Positions 21,829 to 31,578 of a stretch of DNA of 64,000 nucleotides are shown here, piece after piece (position 1 is the first letter of the stretch; each line of letters begins with the position of its first letter). Under the pieces are notes generated by a model that was not told where the DNA came from, searched no databases, and saw only the letters and a list, made by a program, of their open reading frames with translations. Both the position numbers and the translations under genes were made by a program. The DNA is from Epithemia pelagica (taxonomy: Eukaryota > Protista > Bacillariophyta): NCBI GenBank assembly GCA_946965045.2, contig OX337241.1:1054001-1118000 (forward strand), read 5' to 3'.

Positions 21829-24168
21829 ATGAACGCCTTGATTGTGGATCACCAAAACAAAACAAGCGGAAGCACCAGCATCAACAACGATACCAATACA
21901 GAATCGAATCCAGCCACGAATTCGACCGAAGGAGGAGAACCATTTACCAAAGAAGAAACATCCTCCTTGAGTGACCTTCACTCGACAACGAGTGCAAAAG
22001 ACGCCACCATTCCGCCCTTGTACAAGGCAAAAGACGGAGGTAGCACCCAAAAAGGAGGAGGAGGTGGTGGAACCACGAAAACGTCCTCGTGGGATCCGGC
22101 GGAAAAATATACCAAAATGAGCAGCAAACTATCCTCCTCGTTGCTCAATGCCCTATCTCTCTTTTCGTCGTCGTCGTCCTCTTCGTCTTCGTGGACGGCA
22201 TTGACGACCGGTCCTTTGGGACCTTGGAAGGGTGGCAAGGAATTTTTGACGGCCCAAGTCCAAGTCATTGTCGTCTTGGCGGTGGCCTACATTGGCAACA
22301 ATTGGCCCTATTCCTATCCTCGCAATGCCAATCACAATCCCACCTTGTTTTGGGTCATGAATGCCGCCCTCTTGATTGCCGCTGGTCTCACATGGACGCA
22401 CAATGCCAAGGCATCGGCACGGGGAGTCCAATTGCTCAGTCGGGCGCAAACGGAAGAATGGAAGGGATGGATGCAATGGGCCTTTATCATGGTACGTGTG
22501 TCTGTGTGTGCTCCTAGAACGGGCAATAACAACACGAAAATGATTGTGTTGTGGAGGAGGCTCCCACACTCACTCACATTGTTGTGTCAATGTGTTTGAC
22601 GGTTTTCTTTTTTCTTCTTGACAGTATCACTACTACCGCATGTATGCCGTATACAACGAGATTCGGGTCTTTGTCTCAGCCTATGTTTGGTACGTCAATC
22701 GTCTTGTTGCTGGTGTTGCTCTGTCATGTCGCTGTTGTTCTTTTCCTCGCTGCAACCACGGGTGCGACCTTGAGTGTTGGTTGGGAGTTGGAAGTAGTGA
22801 TTGTGTCAATTTTGTGTCCTCTCACTCTTGTTTTCCTCGTCAACGTAAATATCGTATGTTCATGGTTGTCTGTTGTCGGTTGTTGTTTGGCTATTGTGCT
22901 CTGTGTGTTTCTGGATATTCTATCAACTATATAGGATGACGGGCTTTGGCAACTTTTTGTACTTTGACAAAACCAAGGACTTTTCTTTGGAACGTGCAGT
23001 GAGTATGTGGATTCGAATCAATTACTTTCCCCTCTTGTTGAGTACCTTTGTCAATGTCCCCTTGGAATTGTACTATGTCGTACCCTTGCATACAGTGGGC
23101 TTTTTCATTGCCATGGCCACCTGCTACGTGTCGCATGGGATTTTGCAACAAGGCAAGTTCAAATTGCCCGTCCACAAGGCCAATGGTGTGGCCATTGTCT
23201 TGTGCTTGCTCGTCCATGTCGTCTTTTATGAAACACCCTTGGTCAATTTGCTCAAGTGGTTTTCGGACGAATACCATTTCCGATTCCAATCGGACAAGTA
23301 TTCGGCTTGGGTGGGTATCTTGTCGGGCTTTGTTTGGTTCAAATTCAAGGAGTTTATGCAATGGTGTCATGGAACGGCCGAGACAAGTACCCCTTCAACG
23401 GCCCCCGCATCGTCCTCGACCGTGCCCAATGGTGGTGGTGCTGGAAGTGGAACGGATCCCTTGTTGACCTCCGTGACTCAAGAGAATGCTGCCGTCGCCA
23501 CGGCTCAAGTGATTGCCGGTCCCTTGGCTGTCTTGTTGCCCACATCGGTGGCTCACCAAAAACACATGGCACTCTGGGCTCAACGTGTGGGTGGAGTCTT
23601 GTTGATTGGACTGTGGTATGGTTTGTTTGGACACATTTCGGACAAGTACACGTACAATCCAGTCCATCCCTACGTCTTTTGGATGCCCGTAGCTGGATGG
23701 CTCATGCTGCGCAATTCGTCCAAATACTTGACGGAAGCTCATGCCGGAGCCATGGAATTTTTTGGACGCATCACCTTGGAAACCTATGTCTTGCAATTTC
23801 ATGTGTTCATGTGCAATAAGGTACAACACATTCCCATTGTCGTACCGGGAGCAGGTCCCGACGGAGCGGGGCCCATCAAATTCCTCAATATGCTAGTGTG
23901 CGGTGCCCTCTTTGTGGCATTGGCCTATTGGGCACGACAAATCACAGTGACGACACAAACCACAGGGACGGAATTGGTGGGCTTGTGTTGGAAGGGACAG
24001 TTGTGGTCCTACCTCAAGGAGCCTCATGGTGCCAGTGAATCCGAACATTTGCACAGCAGCGAACATGGAAGCAGTAGCACAAACGACAAGGACACTCCCA
24101 CAAGTGTCGCCGCCGCAGCGTCCACAACAACGACCAGTAGTTCAGGGGAAACGAAGGAATCCGTGTGA
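21829..24168 (+). CDS. CASD1: CAS1-domain multi-TM O-acetyltransferase (CASD1/RWA family); exons 21829-22491, 22625-22689, 22935-24168
   Basis: [39 protein letters not shown] and FFGRITLETYVLQFH are family signatures. The GT..AG introns at 22492-22624 and 22690-22934 join the frames. Confidence 0.9.
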
Positions 24169-24566
24169 GCCAACTTTTTATTTGGAAAATGGATGGTATA
24201 ATAGAAAAAAGTGATACTCTATCCATAACTCTGTTTTTACGGATGAAACTAAACCACATCGTCTGTCAGTTGATTTCGAACACCCACGAGAGGTTCTTAG
24301 GAGTACGTGTATAGACTGTTCCAAGAACACTGTGTCTGAGAAGTCGAGTTTTCGTCGGTTCTCTTCCCACTTTGTAGGACAATGTGGTGCTCCGACCCAT
24401 TGTGGACCACTCGACGACGAAATAGGAATGTCCTCCATGTCGCAAAATGAAAACCTTTCCATTCCATCACTAGTTAAGTGTTTTGAACGCACTTTAGGAT
24501 TGTGTCGGTAAGCCACAAAACATCGAGTCAAGATCACGACGAATCACCAGTCCCCGCACTATACTT

Positions 24567-25858
24567 TCAGAGTTTAGGAATAATTTTGGTTACCTTTCCA
24601 TCTACATGTGTGTGCCGTTCGCAACCATGCCCATTCTTCCATTGACTCGTTGTCATCGTGTGACACTCAACCGAAAAAGGTGGATAATGCAAACTGGGAG
24701 GAAGTTTGGCATTGTACGCCTCCATACTCAGATACGTTTCATTCCAGGTCAAGTTCAAAAAGGCAAACACCTCTGACATGACTTGGTTCGGATCCTGGTA
24801 GAAACGGGTCACGTTGACCACATGAATACCGTCCGGAAACAAGGTTTGTGCAGATTCAAGACTGTGCAGGAATTGTTTACGCTTTCTCTTCGTGGCTCTT
24901 TCATTCACTCCACGTCGGGCCCAGGCCTGTGCGAGTCCCTCATAGTCTCGTTCCATGACAACCACGGGAATGCCAGGAGCTCGTTGCATTACTGTGGGCA
25001 AAGTGTAGACATAACCGGGCGTCTTATCCACCAGATATGATTCATGATCGAGCTGTTGACGTCGAGAAAAGAGCGGAGACGCTTGACGCAACGTATGGTA
25101 CATTTCGGCATGACAGGATGACCCATGGACCATCTGATAACGTTGTGGTACGGTCAGATTCCATGCCCAAAAAGGATCAACCATCCATTCATAAAAAGGA
25201 TGTACGTGTTCAAAGTCTGCCGGACTTGAGCCCAGCAGTATGCCGCCTTCAAATCCACCCATGAGGGTTGGATGAGACATGACGAGTTTAGAAACAATTG
25301 TGGTTCCGGATCGTTCCATACCCGTTAAAATGACTGCAAGACCACTGGCTTCCTTGAATGAGTGCTAACTTTTTCAAAAATGGCTTCAATCTTTGTTGAT
25401 AGAGCAGAGTCCAGGGAAGGCGTGGAAGTGACCTCGATCCCGGAGTTTTGCAGCGCATGAATTGGTTCCGTGCTGTTATCTTGACTTGGGATGAGGGGAG
25501 ACTGGTTTTCCTCTTCAAGAAGCAATGGTACCATTGTGTTTTTACTGGAGATGGGTGATGCAAGTTTCAGAGGCTTTGTGTCATTGCCTTTATTGAATGC
25601 TGTAGTTTTATTTTGCTTTCCTTCGTTTGCGTTCATCTTCGTTGGAACCGGCCGAAGTGGAATGTTTTGTCTGTTCCACCACAAAAAGTGGGCAACGCAA
25701 TAAATTCCAACAATTCTCAGGAAAATAGAAATCCATTTACCTAACGGCCGTGTCTTTGTAGAGGTTTCATGTTTGAACCGAACTGTCTCTTGATTCTTTC
25801 TCGTGTGTGATCCATTTCTCGCGTTTGTTCGATTCTCAATTGCATGAGCGATAAACAT
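24567..25858 (-). pseudogene. Sulfotransferase-like gene (P-loop Sulfotransfer_3 type) with a 1-bp frameshift near 25365
   Basis: The TM/stem ORF (25325-25858) and the catalytic ORF (TGMERSGTT, LVDKTP) are in different frames. Five nt (GTTAG) replace the six nt (AGCAAG/AGTAAG) found in the paralogs at 27294 and 51645. Confidence 0.75.
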
Positions 25859-26738
25859 GACGGAGCGTACCTACCTGGTTGTTTTGCAGAGAAGGAGAAG
25901 AGGGATGTGCAACTCTGGGACACCCACGATGATTGATACCAAGCAGCATTTTCCATGGATTTATGACAACGATCTGGACGCAGCTAGGGGGGAGCAGAAG
26001 GGGAGCAAAAGGGGCATCATCGTCTTGCATGTTGGCATGGTGCTCCTCGAGTGGCCGACGCGAGAAGGTGCGCCGGGCCTGTTTCTTTTAAGTCTATTTA
26101 AGGGATAGTTGACGTTGAGAAGGTGCTACCGGCGGTCGTATTTAAGTGGTAAAATTTCCAACCGATTAATTATTCCTATGTCGATGACTGTTTTAAAAAT
26201 ATGAGAGAGGCCTGCTTGCCGGCGTACGCCGTCCTTCTGTTCACATAAATACACGGCTTGGCATCAATCGTCGTGGGCCCTTCTCGTACCCCCTAGCGGA
26301 AGCTCGAGTCCCGCTCGTGAATGGGTAGAGGTACATTCGCTCCAATCAGGAATCACTCAACCAGGACTCACCCTTCCGCTAGGGGTAGCATTCGAGGGTC
26401 ATTGGTTTCTCGCAATGGAAACAGAGATCCGTAGCGAAGAGAGGCAGGCGCGCGTACGACAATGATTGAATTGTGAATGCTCGCTACTATCAATGGTTAT
26501 ACATCCAATGTAATTTTGGAGTAAAAGTACTCGTGTAGGCTGTGAGTGTGCGAGTCTGTCTGTCTGTGTGTGTTTTCGCGAAGGGCGAGGCACGCGCATG
26601 GCGCGAGCCGTTACACCTCTACGCGCTCGTCCGCCTCCACTAACCTTTGAGCTTGCCACTTTTTTTGCATGAGCGATGTGTTGTGTGTTGTGTGTTCGAG
26701 TTTTGGGTTGAACAGAAAACAGAAACCCATCATCCGTC

Positions 26739-28058
26739 ATGTTTCTCGCTCATGCATTATGGAATCGATCAAAAACGATCAAGAATCACGAGACAGTTTG
26801 TTCGAGAAATGGAACCTCCACCACGACAGCGCCTTCTACAAAAAGGATCCATACAAAGCTACCAGCTTATCGTTACCATTCGGTTCCATCGTTTTATATT
26901 TTCGTAACCCTTGTTGGGATTTGCTGTCTTTCCCATTCCTTGTGGTGGAACCGACAATGTTATCATCCTACGATGACCTACATCGAGGGGCCCATCGCCA
27001 CCACAAACACACCTCAAAGAAAGCACGCAACATCCAACTCCACCACTACGTCCAGAAAAGACAATGATACAAATCATTCCACACTTTCATCACCACATTC
27101 CTTCATCTCGAGTACAGACACAACGTTTGCACTGGTTGTTCAGGAACACAACCATGAACACAACCATTCTGTTCTCGTCACCACTAATGACACCACGAAA
27201 CCAATTCATGCTATGTCGAACTTGAATAACGAAGCCACTGCTCTTGCTTTACCCCTTTCGGATCCGCCAACCCTGGAAACTATATGTGAAAAAAGCAAGC
27301 ACTCATTCAAGGAAGCCAGTGGTTTGGCTGTGATTGTGACTGGCATGGAACGGTCCGGAACTACCATTGTCTCTCGACTCATCATGTCTCATCCAACCCT
27401 CATGGGTGGATTTGAAGGCGGTGTACTGCTGGGCTCAAGCCCGGCAGACTTTGAACACATACATCCTTTTTATGAATGGATGACGGGTCCCCAATACATG
27501 TGGAATTTGACCTCATCCCAACGAAATGAAATGGTCCACGGGTCATCCTGTCATGCTGAAATGTACCATACGTTGCGTCAAAAGTCTCCACTCTTTTCTC
27601 AAGGTCGACAGCTCAGCAGGCACAAAATGTATCTGGTGGATAAGACGCCCCGCTATGTTTACACCTTGCCCACAATAATGGAACGAGCACCTGAAATTCC
27701 CGTAGTGGTCATGGAACGAGATTATGAGGAACTCGTAGAGGCCTGGGCCCGACGCGGAGTGAATGAAACAGCCACGCAAGAAAAGCGTAACCAATTCCGG
27801 TACAGTCTTGAATCTGCACAAACCTTGTATCCGGATCGTATTCATGTGGTCAACGTGTCCCGTTTCTACCAAGATCCGAATCACGTCATGTCAGAGGTGT
27901 TTGCCTTTTTGAACTTGACCTGGAATGAAACGTATCTGAGTATGGAGGCGTATAATGCCAAGCTTCCACGCAGCTTGCATCAACCGCCCTTTTCGAGTCA
28001 TTATTATCCTTCGTCAAAAGAGTATAAACCGGAGAATGAACATGCCCAACCACAATGA
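26739..28058 (+). CDS. Sulfotransferase-like type II membrane protein (Sulfotransfer_3 type)
   Basis: Intact 439-aa ORF; TM FYIFVTLVGICCLSHSLWW; PAPS-binding VIVTGMERSGTT; LVDKTP; VVVMERD. Confidence 0.82.
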   Translation: MFLAHALWNRSKTIKNHETVCSRNGTSTTTAPSTKRIHTKLPAYRYHSVPSFYIFVTLVGICCLSHSLWWNRQCYHPTMTYIEGPIATTNTPQRKHATSNSTTTSRKDNDTNHSTLSSPHSFISSTDTTFALVVQEHNHEHNHSVLVTTNDTTKPIHAMSNLNNEATALALPLSDPPTLETICEKSKHSFKEASGLAVIVTGMERSGTTIVSRLIMSHPTLMGGFEGGVLLGSSPADFEHIHPFYEWMTGPQYMWNLTSSQRNEMVHGSSCHAEMYHTLRQKSPLFSQGRQLSRHKMYLVDKTPRYVYTLPTIMERAPEIPVVVMERDYEELVEAWARRGVNETATQEKRNQFRYSLESAQTLYPDRIHVVNVSRFYQDPNHVMSEVFAFLNLTWNETYLSMEAYNAKLPRSLHQPPFSSHYYPSSKEYKPENEHAQPQ

Positions 28059-28299
28059 ACAAGCTGCAAGGTTTCGTGGGACGAGAATGTACATTAGAAC
28101 CAGGGCTTTAAATCGATTTTCATTGTGAAGTACTCTGGTTCTGGAATTGGAGCTAGTAGGGAATGCTGCTATCTTTGCACAAATTTACAAACTCGTGGCC
28201 CTTTATAAACTAACACCAATAACTTATAATTGATCAGTCGTCGGCAACGATCGATTATTACTTCTGATTGACACAAACATCTTCCAAATTTTGCTTTCC

Positions 28300-28723
28300 A
28301 CTACTATGCTGCTTTCTTCTCCACCCCCTTGTTCTTGACCTCGTAAACTTGCCAGTAGAGTCGGGAGATGGCTTTATCAGCTGGGGTCTCGCCAACACCA
28401 CCCACGTGCCACATCCATGCCGTCTCCATGTTCAGGGCCGAACGGAAAAAGTCCAAGTGGACTACGAGGGACTGGGGAAAGGTCAGGAAGGACAGCAGAC
28501 TCGTGAGCAAGGCAGAGGGGGCCAACGAGTGTTGCAACCAGCCATAGTGGTTTCGATTCAGGATGCTGGTCATGCGGTGGTCATGGTGGTTGTGTCTTGA
28601 AGTAGGCAGTAGGACTTGTTGTGGAGGTTCCATGTCTCGAGCAAACTGTTCGGTGATGCCATATCGTTTTTGATCGATTCCACCACATTCCATGAGCGAG
28701 AAAATGAGTGCAAAAATATGCAT
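28300..28723 (-). pseudogene. Degenerate 5' relic of the same sulfotransferase family
   Basis: The reverse complement of 28620-28685 (TGGAATCGATCAAAAACGAT..GAACCTCCAC) matches 26760-26825. The TM-like LVATLVGPLCLAH parallels FVTLVGICCLSH, but the frame contains stops. Confidence 0.6.
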
Positions 28724-29228
28724 TCGACAAAGCCAACATATCGAGTGGTGATTATACGGCTCTCCTCCTCTCGGGCTCGGGTTGCAGTCTCGTTGAGAGA
28801 TGGGTTCTGTTCTCCAGGCGAGAGATCAAAACAAGAAAGTGTCCTTGAAAAAGTGAGCGCTCGATTTCAAGGTGTGACGGCTCGTGAGTAGCGCGAGCCG
28901 ATGGATCCCGCACGCTAGCCCAGTCGGACAATGTCAACACGCAAACAAACCCAATCTCAGAAATCTTCACGGACACAAGAAAACAAATACAATGACTCCT
29001 CTTTGTAGGATGATGGCAGATTCTCTTTGCACATCATACGGAAACACAAGACTGGATAGCCAGTGTTTACTGCAACGATTGCGATTGCTACTACTACTAC
29101 AACAACGACGACGACAAGGCGTGTCGCACCCAAGACTCGGCACAAATGGTCAACGACATTGCTGCTTTGTCACCTGCAATAGTAACCCATCTTCCAATAT
29201 CCGCAGTGCGAAACATGTGCATGAACGA

Positions 29229-30368
29229 ATGACTCAATCTCCCTCGTTCAGCGCCTCTGTCCTTCGTGCGTGGGAAGCAACTGGATTGAAAGAGCTGCTA
29301 CACCACAATGAGAGAACAATGCCGTCCGATCAAGATTGTGCTGCTACCTCGTTGCTTCAAGCCCATTTGATGCAAGCATGTCATGGCGTGACGGCCGAGT
29401 TGACATTTTACGAAAAGGTTCGAGACGTTTTGGAGGCAAAAGGAAACTCGAATACCAACATGGTGCCAATGGAATCTTCACTCTTGTATGAATATGAGTC
29501 GATCCGAGCGCCTAGCTCAGCCGTGGCCTGTGTGGCCTTGTTTGGAAACTTTTTTCATACATGTCCGCTCGACCAGAGTCCTTTGCTTTCCAGCAAGACA
29601 AGGTATCACAGCGACAAGCGATTTCAAAAGCTCATGGACTTGTCTTCCTTGATTTCTGGAATTGACAACGACTTGCAATCCTACCAGAAACAAGATGATT
29701 CTGATTGGAACAGCATTACCATTCGAACCGTATTTGGAGGCAAGACGCTACGCAAAGCCTTTGATGAGGTCTGTCAACGGCACTTCGACTTGGTACAGGC
29801 CATGAGAGCACTCGGAGGGCAGCTTCAAGAGGATTATCCCACCGACTCCAACCATATTGCCGTCTGGGTGAATATCATACTCCCGAATGTCCATCGTGGC
29901 TTTGTATCTTGGCAATCCCATGTCAAGCGATACAGGAACGAAGGTGATGATGCTACGAATGGCACGTTACTAACAGACAATCTACTGGAACGGCTTTTCC
30001 CTGGAGAGCCGTATCACCAAGTTTCATCAGAGGATGGAACCTTTCCAGGCATGAATGTAGAGTTATATCATTCACTCCATTCGAGTCTCATGGAATGGGC
30101 GGCATCTTGTCGACAAATTGGATCGACAGATGCGACCAAGTATATTGCGGTTGCCAATCCCGCTTTGTTGGCCTTGTTGTTGTTTTCCTATTGCAATCGG
30201 GCAGCAACAGATCTCACACAAGAGGGCCACGACGCGCTAATAGTATTTGTCAAGTTCTTTACATTTCTGTCCATTGTGGATGACATGCTGGAGAATCCCC
30301 AACTGCACGTGCCTACCAAACAAGTCTTTCTTCAATGCATTGAGTCCATGACCATGGACCATCCATAA
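29229..30368 (+). CDS. Microbial-type class I terpene synthase-like protein with permuted motif order
   Basis: YEYESIRAPSS (pyrophosphate-sensor Arg), NDLQSYQKQ (NSE-like, 29667) and WQSHVKRY (WxxxxxRY, 29910) come first, then an N-terminal-type half ending FTFLSIVDDMLE (DDxxE, 30279). The frame is open from 28884; ATG 29229 is a guess. Confidence 0.68.
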   Translation: MTQSPSFSASVLRAWEATGLKELLHHNERTMPSDQDCAATSLLQAHLMQACHGVTAELTFYEKVRDVLEAKGNSNTNMVPMESSLLYEYESIRAPSSAVACVALFGNFFHTCPLDQSPLLSSKTRYHSDKRFQKLMDLSSLISGIDNDLQSYQKQDDSDWNSITIRTVFGGKTLRKAFDEVCQRHFDLVQAMRALGGQLQEDYPTDSNHIAVWVNIILPNVHRGFVSWQSHVKRYRNEGDDATNGTLLTDNLLERLFPGEPYHQVSSEDGTFPGMNVELYHSLHSSLMEWAASCRQIGSTDATKYIAVANPALLALLLFSYCNRAATDLTQEGHDALIVFVKFFTFLSIVDDMLENPQLHVPTKQVFLQCIESMTMDHP

Positions 30369-30562
30369 TCTACCAGAATGCAAAACATCAGGGTAGTCGA
30401 AAGAGAATCATCGGGTCGTGGATCAGTCGACATTGCTTCCCTCCAAAACCTGAGAGGCATATAACAACCGGAGATTTTATGTCAAGTTTTGGTTGGTTCT
30501 GTGCCCTTGCGCTAGAAACGCATTCGGGAGATGGTTGTTTGAATAACCACAACTTTGAGGGA

Positions 30563-31300
30563 ATGCCGTCAATCAATAAGAGTGGATCCTTCTTCTTCAA
30601 GGCAGGCCATACCGCAAGGATAAACGCTCAACCAAGCGAACCGTTTTCTGTCTTTCTGATAGGACCGTCATCAACGGGAAAGACACATCATATTCAAGAG
30701 CTTCAAGAATCTCTCCCAGCCGTCACGAAGGGCGCTGATGTGACCTTCCATTTTGGGATTGCCCGTGATTTTCTACAAAAGCGCGGTATCACAGGAAAGG
30801 ATTTGCTGAATGACAAGAAATTACACATGGAACTACAGGAGTTTTTGGTTCATAAATACAGTGTTCTTCAGCAAGACCCAGTCAAGTGTGGTAGCACCAC
30901 CACCTGCCAGAATGTGCATATGCAAGCAAGCACCAGGAATATTCGTATTTTCGACCGCTCTGCAATCGACGCCATTGTGTATGCCAAACAATATGGTACG
31001 GACCAGGATGCCATGGCGCTGCGAGCTGGGGCAAACTTTCAGTCCTGTGTAAAGCTCTATCGCAATCCGAAAAGCTCGTTGGTGGTTTTGTTTCCTGTCA
31101 TACCTCAACTCGTGAAATCCGATGGTATGCGCATCCATGGAGATGTCGCTGAACAAAACGCCTTGTTTCGGCAATATGAAAGTACCATGAAAGACCTTGG
31201 CATTCCCTTTGTCGTCTTGGGCACAGACTTGAAGCACCGAGGCAAGTGGTTGCTGTCTCGAATTTGTTCTGGAACTGGACACGATACAGGAATCCATTGA
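30563..31300 (+). CDS. AAA_28/NadR-type P-loop NTPase or nucleoside-kinase-like protein
   Basis: Walker A VFLIGPSSTGKT, IFDRSAIDAIVY and DGMR, as in AAA_28 proteins. Confidence 0.75.
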   Translation: MPSINKSGSFFFKAGHTARINAQPSEPFSVFLIGPSSTGKTHHIQELQESLPAVTKGADVTFHFGIARDFLQKRGITGKDLLNDKKLHMELQEFLVHKYSVLQQDPVKCGSTTTCQNVHMQASTRNIRIFDRSAIDAIVYAKQYGTDQDAMALRAGANFQSCVKLYRNPKSSLVVLFPVIPQLVKSDGMRIHGDVAEQNALFRQYESTMKDLGIPFVVLGTDLKHRGKWLLSRICSGTGHDTGIH

Positions 31301-31578
31301 GTATTCAACCAATGCTCGTTTCGGAAATTCTCATGACACAGGAAACCGTTGAGTATTCAATATTCAACCAATGCTTGTTTCGGAATTTCTCTATGTAGGT
31401 GGTATCTCCTGTCAACTGTCAAGGATAGCGATGGAGGCAAGACATGGACATCTATGGATACAACGATAAAAGGACTAAATGCACTGGACAATTCGAATAC
31501 TACCTAGTTTAACGATTTTGTGTTCATCTGTTCGTGCACTTTTGTGGACTGGTGATGGATTGAGAAAGAGACAAGCGT

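Noticed and set aside
21829-24168. 'Cas1' domain as a CRISPR component
   Set aside because: This is the CAS1/CASD1 acetyltransferase family, which shares only the name. It is an intron-containing multi-TM protein.
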